Positions 1 through 24,899 of a stretch of 64,000 bases of DNA are shown one piece after another. A model generated the notes under the pieces. That model worked only from the letters and a program-made list of their open reading frames with translations. It was not told the DNA's origin and made no database searches. Position 1 is the stretch's first letter. Each line of letters starts with the position of its first letter. Source of the stretch: Prorocentrum cordatum (lineage: Eukaryota); the NCBI GenBank assembly GCA_963575745.1, contig CAUYUJ010000075.1:1-64000 (forward strand), given 5' to 3'. Position numbers and translations under genes: made by a program.

Positions 1-234
1 CGACGTCGTGCTTTCTGTCACGACGTGGTTCCCCAGAGGTCTGGACCTTTTCCCAGGGACCTGGAGTCTGCCCTGAGCACGTTTGTTCACGGCCCTTGGA
101 CCGGGTAAGGCCCCCTGACGGGGGAACACAGCGCAAACAACGTCCGCCGTGGTTCTTGTTCACGACGCGAGGACGTCAGAGCGGGGAGCGCCTTCCAGGG
201 AGACCTTCGCATCCCTGACGTCCCATGGGGAGGC

Positions 235-14134
<13,900 letters not shown>

Positions 14135-14677
14135 CTGGAGGGAGGATGAGGGGAACGAGACCGATCCTCGATCCGACCGCCGCGGGGGGGGGGGGCAGTG
14201 GGGCCAACGGTGGGAAGGGGGGGGGGGGGCGGGGCCGAGCCGGCACCACGTGGGATCCGCGGGGGGAGGCGGAGGGGGAGGAGGGCAGAGGCCCCTCGCG
14301 TGGCGAGAAAAACACACACTTTTTACAAGCGCAAGCGAGCCCCTTGGCGAAAACGCAGGAGAAGAGGGGGAGGAGAGAGGGAGGAGGAGAGGGGAGGGGG
14401 TGAAACAGGCAGCCCCAGCCCTGGGCTGCGTCGCATCAGCCTGGTCCGGCGAAAAAAGCACACGCACAGATTGCTTCGGGCGATCCCCACCCCGAGAGCG
14501 CGAGGCGGATGTCCAGGGAGCGGGGGGCCCTGGGAGTCTGGCGGCCGCTGTATGCAGTCTCGGCATCCGTCTGGGGCGCGAAGCGGCACACCCGGGCCAG
14601 CGCACTCTGAGCCTGGCGGCCGCGGTACGGCAGGCTCGCGTCGTGCCGACTTCGGCGTTGGTTCCTGACACCGCGGG

Positions 14678-14776
14678 GATCGTTCAACCTTGAACGATCG
14701 GCCGTCTCTGAAACGTCCAAATCGTTCCACGATCAACGATTCTGGGTCGCCCGCGGCGTTCAACGTTGAACGCCGC
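14678..14776. promoter_or_regulatory. Cluster of three CGTT-N8-AACG dyads upstream of PGM (function unknown)
   Basis: gatcgttcaaccttgaacgatc (14678-14699), aatcgttccacgatcaacgatt (14720-14741) and the perfect 24-bp palindrome gcggcgttcaacgttgaacgccgc (14753-14776). Confidence 0.3.
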
Positions 14777-15221
14777 TGGCGGGGTCGCCGCCGGTCGACA
14801 CGACGGGAACCTACCCGTGTGCAGGTTGCGCGAGGCTTGTCGGGAGCTCTTCTCCCCAGACACTGCTTGCCCTCAGGGATTCTGTCTTGTGTCTTACCTC
14901 AATTGCAATTTTTTCCGCGTTCCCGCCCGTGGAAGGTCGTTGTTGCCGGTCCTTGAGAAATTCCGCCGATAATCCGCCTGGTGTTAAGTCGGCCCTGTCC
15001 CCAGGTGGGGATTTTGGACGAAAAATTAGAAATACCCCAAAAATACAACAAAATTGTTGTTTGACTACTGTTAAATGTTCCTCCTGAAGAGGGACAGGCC
15101 CGACGTAAGCCTGGTGTCCGCCCGTGGGCGCCTCATGGGCGCTCCTGGGCGCCCAGCGCCCTGGTTGGATCCGCCGAGGTTTCGCCCGGTGCCCGCCCCT
15201 GGGCGCCTCGTGTGCGCCTGG

Positions 15222-15385
15222 TGGAGGAGGAGAGGGAGGAGGAGGAGGAGGAGGAGGAAGAGGAGGAGGAGGAGGAGGAGGAGGAGGAGGAGGAGGAGGA
15301 GGAGGAGGGGGGGGAGGAGGAGGAGGAGGAGGAGGGGGAGGAGGAGGGGGAGGAGGAGATGGAGGAGGAGGGGGAGGAGGAGGAG
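15222..15385. repeat. (GAG)n microsatellite within short GC-rich repeats (gtgcccgcccgtgggcgcctc)
   Basis: Seen directly. Confidence 0.95.
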
Positions 15386-16052
15386 TGGTTGTGGGCGCTC
15401 GTGGGCGCCCTATGCCTATGCCCTGGGTGGGTCCACCGAGGCTCCGCCCGGTGCCCGCCCGTGGGCGCCTCGCGGGCGCACCGTGCCCTGGGCGTGTCCG
15501 CCGAGATTCCGCACGCGTCCGGCTGGTGGGCGCTCCTCGCGGCGCCCCGTGCCCCGGGCGGGCGGCGTCACACAGCACAGCACGGCTACACTCCGCAGAG
15601 CTTACACAGCACAGCTTACACAACGTAGCTTGCACCACGTGAGTCGCCTCGCATAGTTTACACACCACAGCGCACTTAGCTGACACAACATGTCTCACGC
15701 CAGGTAGCTCACACCAGATAGCTGACGCAACATGGCTAACACCACATGCGTAACTTGCCGCGCATACCGCGTAGCTCTCACCTTCCACTGCAACACCTCA
15801 CTGATTGGGGTCCACGCTGGCTAACACTCTCTGAGCCGCGAGGGCCCGGCAGGGTGGCACAAGCAAGCCAAGAATTAAGACGGAGGTAAACTGAAGACAG
15901 AGCCCAACACACATGAACGGAGAACCTCCGAGAGACCGCGAGTCTGCCAAGTACACATCCGGCGCCGCGGCCGCTCCAGAGCGACCCCCGGATCTTCTCG
16001 AGTCGCTCCAAAGGCGATCCATCCCTGTCCTACAGTGGGACGCGCAGAGACA

Positions 16053-17414
<1,362 letters not shown>

Positions 17415-19710
17415 ATGTCCTCCTTGGAGGCGCGCGTCCGACCCAAACGCACAATACACCCATCTTGTAGTATATCGCTCCCCGAGCGGAGTGGCCAGAA
17501 AGCGTGCGCCACGACGCATTACTAGAAGATTTCTCGGTACGCGCGTCGCCCCTGGGGGGGCGACGCACATATAGCATAAGTATGGTGGGGTGACGCCGAT
17601 ATAACCCTCGGCAACAATGACCTCAAGGAGGTGTTACGCCGCCCCCGCTCCAATGTCGGTCATCGTGGGACTTCCGAGTCGCACCCGCCCGGACAGCGTC
17701 TTGCTTTGCTGACACATTGAAGGGGGCGGCAATCGAAGGGCGAAGGGGGTTGTCATTGAACGGGCGCATGGACCAACATTTGAAGTTAGTTTTGTCGAGG
17801 GTTGTTTCGAGGGTTGTCAGCCTGCCGCGGCCAAATTTTACCCAGACGAAATCGTCGCGGATGAAGCTGTAGAGGAGGCGGAGGAGGACAGGGATGGGGA
17901 GAAGAGGGAGGGGAGGCGGGGGGGATCTTGGTGCACTTCTGTACTCCCCAAATGGTCGTCATGTCTTCTGCCAGCGGGCGTTCCCGAGCGAATCTCTCTC
18001 GGCCTTGCTGCCGCAACTGTAAATGAAAGGCTTGAGCCCAACCGGCTGTGAGCGGAGGTCTGGAGGACGGGGGGCACGGGGCTACTGTCAACACCATGTT
18101 GAACATGTCTGCCGAGGCCATCCTGGGGCTAAAGTCGGGCTGCTGACACAAGAGACGCTACATAAAGGGGCGAAGCCTCTCTTGGCCCCACAGGCGCCTG
18201 CGTGGACGAAGAGCGCTAGAGAAGCAGCCAAGCAAGGACCTAAATAACATCAAGCCCCCTACGAACCCAAACTGTTCCTCATCTCAAGGTCTTGACTGTA
18301 TCGGAGGTCATGTGGATGCCGGAGACTGGATCGCCATGAAACGAAACGGTGCTGGGGGAATCAGCTCATCGACCCTGGGGCTTTCCTCAGGACGGACTCT
18401 TCTTCACGAGTCGCTCTTTGACGGGCATGGGACCCGTGGAGGGCCCCATGGGCCCAAAAGCGGGGAATAACTTTCGGGACCACGTTCCCTCATGGCCAGA
18501 ACTTTGCATGGGGAGATACATAAGGTTCTGCTGCAGAGAAGCCCCACACACACACACAACCACACACACACATACAAACACACACACATCCCACGCAACC
18601 CAGTCTGCCATCGGGGCGTCGCAAGAAATACATGATAAGACACCATCGAACCGAGAACCAAGAAAAGAAACCGAACCGAACCAGTGAACACCGAACCAAA
18701 CCACAACCGGAACCGAACCAGAACGGGGCGGCGTCCCACCGAATCGAGAGCGGGGCAGAGCAGCCCCTCGTGTTCGCTTCTCAGGAGCGGGCAAGAGGGC
18801 ACAGCGGCAGCAGCGAGAGCTCTGGCGTGCCTCTTCGGGAAGCGAAGCCGACCATGGGATGTCGAGAGCCAGGTCGGGCGGAACGGGCTCATAGCAGGTG
18901 TCCGCGAGTCAATGCACGTAGCTGACTGTCCCGGCACCTTCTGGCACCGAGCACCCGTGTACCCGAGGAGAGCGCCTGGCGGCGAGGTCAAAACCAGCTG
19001 CATGCAACAGCTTCCGTGCCCCCGCCCCTTCCCAAGCCGAGCGGGCGAACAGGGCGAGCGAGGCTGCTCCCTTCGGTGGCCTCGCCTGGTGGCTCCCCGG
19101 CCTGCCGCATGCTTCAAGATGAGGGCCGACCGAGTGCGCACGCCGCAAGTTCGCGAAAGCAGAGAGGCAGAACCACCCTACGTACACCAACACTCCTCCT
19201 CCTCCTCCTCCTCCTCCTCCTCCTCCTCCTCCTCCTCCTCCTCCTCCTCCTCATGCTTCTCACCCTCCTCCTCTGAGGATGGGGGGCAAGAGGAGAACGG
19301 GGCGGAGGAATACGAGGAAGAGGACGAAGGGGAGTATGCGGGAAAAGGGGGGACTATGGGAAGGGGATGGTGGAAAGGGAAAATGGAGGATACCATGCGG
19401 AGGATGAGGATGGACAAACAGGTTGAGAAGGTCGATGAGTGAGGGATGACGGAGGAAGACCAGGAGGGGGAAGCGGTAAAGGGAAGACTGGAGGAGACGA
19501 GACTGGGAAGCGGGAGGAGGGAAACGCAATGACTTTCTTCTGATCATGTACGTAAATACTTACCCGTGAGGGGGGATGCAAGAGGACGGGGATGCAGAGG
19601 ACTGGCAGGGAGAAGTGGACAAAAAGAAGACAACAAAGGGCAATGAGGAAACGGAGGGATACGATGAAGGAGAACAAACAAAAACAAATGGAAAAGAAGA
19701 GGGGTGGAGC

Positions 19711-20100
19711 AGAGGGGACGGGGCCGCCACCTCTCGTGCTGGAGACACTGGGAAAACTCCCCCCCGACCCGTAACGTGGCGGACGCGGACGTCTCGCAAC
19801 CCATCGAAGCCCACATAAGCCCCAGCAATCGGCAGAGGGGTCGGGGCCGCCAGCTTTCGTGCTGGAGCCTCTGGCAGAACTGACTGCCTCCTTGCGGACG
19901 CGGGCGTCTCGCAGCCCATCGAAGCCCATGAGAGGGCCCCAGCAAGCAGCACAGAGGACGGGCCCCGCCAGCTCTCGTGCCATAGCCCCTGGCAAGATTA
20001 ACTACAACCTGTAACTGTGCGGATGCGGGCGTCTCGCAGCCCATCGAAGCCAACAGAAAAATCCTGGCAATCAGGAGGGGACGGGGCCGCCAGCTCCACT
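19711..20100. repeat. ~120-bp tandem repeat, ~3 copies
   Basis: ggggccgccagctctcgtgc...gcggacgcgggcgtctcgcagcccatcgaagcc recurs at about 120-bp spacing. Confidence 0.85.
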
Positions 20101-20519
20101 GATCGCCTCCCCCCGAGCGTGAGAGGGGAAGAGTAATGATCATGCTGGAAAATCATGGGTCCCCCACTGATGGGACTCGGGCTCGTAAATGCAACCGCTG
20201 GCCAAGGAGGAAGCTGAGAGGGAAAAAGAGGAAGAGGAAGGCCGTTCAAAACACCCATTGTCCTACCGTACGACACGCTGCGTAAGGAACGACGGAATTT
20301 CTGACCACGGGGAGCCTTGGCCACGAATGGGCTTCCTGAACTAAGCCAACGGAGCGGATCCAGAGCCGAAACCGCTCCTGAACCCAAAGTGGTCTTTAGC
20401 TTGACATATTGGCTGTACATGCGAGGAACTGGCGAACGGGAAAGAGCCGTGCACGGACGACAACAGAGAAGTGGCCGACCTATTGCCCCCCCTACCACCC
20501 CCACCAGGAGGCGCGGGCG

Positions 20520-20730
20520 GAGGGTGAGGCGGACGAGGAGGAGGAAGAGGAGGAGCAGGACAACGAGGAGGGGGAGGAGGAGGAAGAGGAGGAAGAGGAG
20601 GAGGAGGAGAGGGAGGAGGAGAGGGAGGAGGAGGAGGAGGAGGAGGAGGAGGAGGAGGAGGAGGAGGAGGAACAGGAGGAAGAGGAGGAGGGGGAAGAAG
20701 AAAAAGAGGAGGAAGAGGAGGAGGAGGAAA
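20520..20730. repeat. (GAG)n microsatellite
   Basis: Seen directly. Confidence 0.95.
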
Positions 20731-21022
20731 CGGAAGCGTAGGAGGGGGATGTTTTCGACGCGAAAAACGGCCCGACCCGCTGCCCCATCAACAAAAACTG
20801 TATTCCTGACCCCGCGCGACGGACAACCTCCAAGCGGCGACCTCGGTGAGCCCGGCGTGCTTGGCAATGCGAACGGCAAGACGTTAAACGCACAAGACAC
20901 GGAATTCTTGCGGAGAAAGGGAGGTTTTTCCCCATATCCTAAGATGGGGTTCTTGTTATTACTTGGACGCCTCCTACTCCCTCTCCTCCTTCCTCCTCCT
21001 CTTTCCTCCTCCCCTCCTGTCG

Positions 21023-21251
21023 GACTTACTCATACTCAGACTTGCTCATACTCAGACTTACTCATACACAGACTTACTCGTACTCAGACTTACTCATACT
21101 CAGACCTACTCATACTCAGACTTACTCACACTCAGACATACTCATACACAGACTTACTCATACACAGACTTACTCACACCCAGACGTACTCATACACAGA
21201 CTCACTCATACCCAGACTTACTCATACACAGTATTAGTCATACTCAGACTT
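21023..21251. repeat. 16-bp minisatellite (gacttactcatactca), ~14 copies
   Basis: Seen directly. Confidence 0.95.
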
Positions 21252-22107
21252 CGCTTGGAGAGCAGATTGTGAGGATGTCTCAGGCGGGGCGCTGGTTTCA
21301 GCACCCCTAAGGGGAGCCGCCAGGGGTGGTTGCACGGGCTCGTTCGCGGCCATTTTGTGGGGATGTCTCAGGCGGTTTGCTTGTTTCTGGGCCCAACATC
21401 CTTCGCTTGGAGAGCAGATTGTGAGGATGTCTCAGGCGGGGCGCTGATTTCAGCACCCCTAAGGGGAGCCGCCAGGGGTGGTTGCACGGGCTCGTTCGCG
21501 GCCATTTTGTGGGGATGTCTCAGGCGGTTTGCTTGTTTCTGGGCCCAACATCCTTCGCTTTCGGAGCAGATTTGGAGGATGTCTCGAGCGAGGCGCTCAT
21601 TTTCACCCCCCAGGTGGGCCAGATTTTGAGGATGTCTCGATCGGTTTGCTTGTTTTGGTGGCCAGGCTCGTGGCCCTAAGGGGAGCCGCCAGGGGTGTTT
21701 GCACGGGCTCGTTCGCGGCCATTTTGTGGGGATGTCTCAGGCGGTTTGCTTGTTTCTGGGCCCAACATCCTTCGCTTTCGGAGCAGATTTGGAGGATGTC
21801 TCGAGCGAGGCGCTCATTTTCACCCCCCAGGTGGGCCAGATTTTGAGGATGTCTCGATCGGTTTGCTTGTTTTCGTGGCCAGGCTCGTGGCCCTAAGGGG
21901 AGCCGCCAGGGGTGGTTGCACGGGCTCGTTCGCGGCCATTTTGTGGGGATGTCTCAGGCGGTTTGCTTGTTTCTGGGCCCAACATCCTTCGCTTTCGGAG
22001 CAGATTTGGAGGATGTCTCGAGCGAGGCGCTCATTTTCACCCCCCAGGTGGGCCAGATTTTGAGGATGTCTCGATCGGTTTGCTTGTTTTGGTGGCCAGG
22101 CTCGTGG
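21251..22107. repeat. 217-bp tandem repeat (~3 near-identical copies plus a shorter 152-bp first unit)
   Basis: Near-identical ORF starts at 21478, 21695 and 21912. The unit has an internal gaggatgtctc subrepeat. Confidence 0.95.
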
Positions 22108-22606
22108 GCGCAGATTCTTCTCAGGATGCCACAGGAGGCTCCAACAGGCTCCAGGAGGCCCCAGGAGACCACATGAGGTCCCAGGAGGCATCAGGAGGCC
22201 ACAGAAAAACTCAAGAGGCCACAGGATGTCCCAAGAGGCTCCAGGAGGCCCCAGGAAGCTCCAGAAGGCCTCAGGAAACCACAGGAGGCCCCAGGAGGCA
22301 ACAGGAAGCGCCAGGAGGCCTCGGAAGGCAACAGGAGGCCCCGAGAGGCCCCAGGAGCAGGATGCCTCAGAAGGCAACAGGAGTGGCTCCAATCCCATGT
22401 GTTTTACGTATGCTCCTATCGAGTGGGCCTTACCTGGAGCACGATTATTTGATGTTCTACGTATGTTTCTATAGATGGTCCTTCTCCGGTGTACACAATC
22501 CTAAATGTTTTACCCATGTTCCTATATATTGGGCCTCTCCTGGGGCACGAGTCCTTGGTGTTTTACGAGTGTTCCTATAGATTGCCCTTCTCCTGTGGCT
22601 CTAATC

Positions 22607-23860
22607 CCATCTTGGCTCAAGCGTTCGCATGCCGCGCCGCCTCGGCCTCCCGCCTCGGGATGGCTGGCCTGCGCGCGGCTAGAGGGGCTGGCACGGCCGC
22701 CGTCGACCTCGCGCTGCTGGTGCGCGCGGCGGTCCGCGGCGCTGTGGACGGCGGCGCGCCGCGCCGCACGGTCGCCGCAGTGGCGCGCTCTGCAGTCTCG
22801 GCCGCCGCGTTCGCGGCGCGGCCGACGACGCAAGCGCACGCTGCAGACGACCGACGTGACGATCTTGCTGCTGATGCCGTTGGCGATGCCGCTCGCCCAG
22901 CTGGTGCCTCCGCGGAGGCGAAGCGGGCGCGGCGTCGGCGTCGCCGCGCGGCGCGCGCGGCTCGCAAACAGCAGGAGATGACCGACGGCGACGCGACGAC
23001 GGCTGGTGCTGGCAGTACTGGTGTGGGCCTGGGGCTCGCCCTGCTGCCCACGGCGATGGCGGTCGACGGCGCCGACGACGAAGACCTCGCCTCGTTGGTC
23101 GACGACTCCTGGGCTGACAGCCTGCCTGTCGGCGGGCGGCGGCGGCCTGGGCGGGGGCGCGAGGGCAGGTGGGTCGCGGAGGCGGTGGCTGCTGGCGCGG
23201 GCGGCACGGGCTCTGGCCTGGCCGCCGCGGCGGCCGCTCCCGCGGGCGCGGCGCTGGCCCTCGCGAGGGCCCCTGGCGGGGCGGCGGTGGCGGAAGCGGC
23301 GGATCTCGCTCGCGGAGCGGGAGGAGCTGCTGGAGCTGCTGCGTGCGGCCTCGAGCGCGCCGGCCTGGCTGGCGGTGCCGAGCCACGGCGGCGTGGGCCG
23401 AGGCGCGCACGGGCGAAGGCGCAGGCGGAGGCGGCGAGGGCGGCGGCGGAGCTGGGCACGGCGCTCGCGGGAGCGGCGCCTGCTGGCGGCGGAGCTGCTG
23501 CCTCGGAAGGCCCTGGGGAGGTCTTCGAGCGTGCCGACGGCCTCCTTCGGCAGGCGCCTGGCTACGGGCCTCAGCTCAGCGTGCAGCTTCGGCAGATGCT
23601 GGAGTCCGTGAGCTGGAGGCCCGCCAGCGCCGTGTGAGGTGGGGAGTGCCTTCGGTGGTCTGGGCCTTTTTAGGCTCGGCACGGGGTGGGTGGTGGCTCG
23701 CGTGGCCGCCTCACCTGACGGCGCACACCCACGCAGCGTGGCGAGCGCGCTGCAACTTGGAGGCCGCTGATTGCGGAGCCTCCTGGCCGCATTTTGCGGC
23801 TCTCGCCTTCTTGGCGGCGGGATCGGCTCGTGCCGCACGGGCTGCCTGGTGTGTACAAAA
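22607..23860 (+). mobile_element. Retroposed SL-trans-spliced mRNA (retrocopy) with 14-bp TSD
   Basis: CCATCTTGGCTCAAG (14/15 to the DinoSL 3' end CCATTTTGGCTCAAG) at 22607-22621. AAAA at 23857-23860. TGTGGCTCTAATCC at both 22594-22607 and 23861-23874. Confidence 0.88.
22660..23637 (+). CDS. Hypothetical Ala/Gly/Arg-rich protein, 325 aa, intronless
   Basis: ATG 39 nt after the SL relic, open to TGA, with a ~220-nt 3' UTR before the oligo-A. Basic AKRARRRRRRAARAARK segment. No recognised domain. Confidence 0.55.
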   Translation: MAGLRAARGAGTAAVDLALLVRAAVRGAVDGGAPRRTVAAVARSAVSAAAFAARPTTQAHAADDRRDDLAADAVGDAARPAGASAEAKRARRRRRRAARAARKQQEMTDGDATTAGAGSTGVGLGLALLPTAMAVDGADDEDLASLVDDSWADSLPVGGRRRPGRGREGRWVAEAVAAGAGGTGSGLAAAAAAPAGAALALARAPGGAAVAEAADLARGAGGAAGAAACGLERAGLAGGAEPRRRGPRRARAKAQAEAARAAAELGTALAGAAPAGGGAAASEGPGEVFERADGLLRQAPGYGPQLSVQLRQMLESVSWRPASAV

Positions 23861-24899
23861 TGTGGCTCTAATCCGCAATGTTTTATGTACGTCTGTTGCT
23901 ATAGATTGCGCCTTTCCTGGGGCACGAAACCTTCATAGGAGGTCCCAGGAGGTCCCAAGAGGCTCCTGGAGACCCCAGGAAGCCCCAGTAGGTTTCAGGA
24001 GGCCCCAGGAGGCCCCAGGCTCATGCACAAAGACGCGCTTGTACTAATGAGGCTCATTCACACTCCAATTCATTCGCAGTTAGATTGATGTCCAGACCGT
24101 CACAACTGAAGCCCGTTAATATTCGAAAGCTCTTGCGCCTAGACGTTCACGGCGGACAGGTCCATGCGAGTAGATGCACATATGGGGAGCTCCACGCAGT
24201 GAATAATTTTGGTGCAGAGGAGAGAAACAACATCATAACATGAGTGGGAGGGAGAAAATGCACGGGCCGCTGATCCCCTGCAGCGCGGCAGGCCCCACCG
24301 CCCGCCGAGGACGCCGAGGCGCCTCGCGCGCGCGGGCCTCGACGCAACCGCGCGCGCACGTCAACGGAGGCGACGGGCGGCCACGACCGCAGGCGGGGGG
24401 TCGCACTCGGCACGTGGAGAGGGCCGTGCCAGGTGGCGCTCGCGCTCGCCGCCCCCGCCTGCGTCTGGGGCGGGGGGCCCGCGGAGGGACCGAGCTGCAA
24501 TGCTGATCCTGTCCCCACTGGGAAAACGCAGGGCGCCTCGTCGACAGGTGCGGGGGGGGGGGGGGGGGCGCGGCGGCGGGACGGGGGGGGGCGGCCGCGC
24601 TTCCCCGCGCGCGCCTCCGCTCGCCCCCCAGCCGCCACGCCCGCTGCCAAAACGGCCCTGCACAACGCCGCGCCGCCGCAGGCAGCGGCAGCGGCGCCGC
24701 GGGGCAGCACCATAATGACCCGCAGGAGAGGGCGCACAGCGGCAGCAACAGCGAGACAGCAACAGCAGCAGGGGAGCAACACAGGGGACACAAGAGGAAA
24801 AACAGAAGCGGCGCCCCAAACGGCGCGCCACCCCGCATTCGAGGGAGGCAGCAGCAGGAGCAGGGAAGGAGAAATGCCTTAAAGCGGGAACCGAGACCC

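Larger units (their letters stand above)
22120..24020. repeat. caggaggcc-type and ~50-bp (atgttttacg..gttcctatag) satellites, interrupted by the retrocopy
   Basis: The same unit types are present at 22120-22600 and resume at 23861-24020. Confidence 0.8.

Noticed and set aside
21023..22107. CRISPR array or repeat-protein ORFs
   Set aside because: Plain tandem repeats. The ORFs are by-products of the repeat unit.
22522..23838. 438-aa and other minus-strand ORFs over the retrocopy
   Set aside because: Stop-poor high-GC shadow frames. The SL and oligo-A orientation support the plus-strand ORF.
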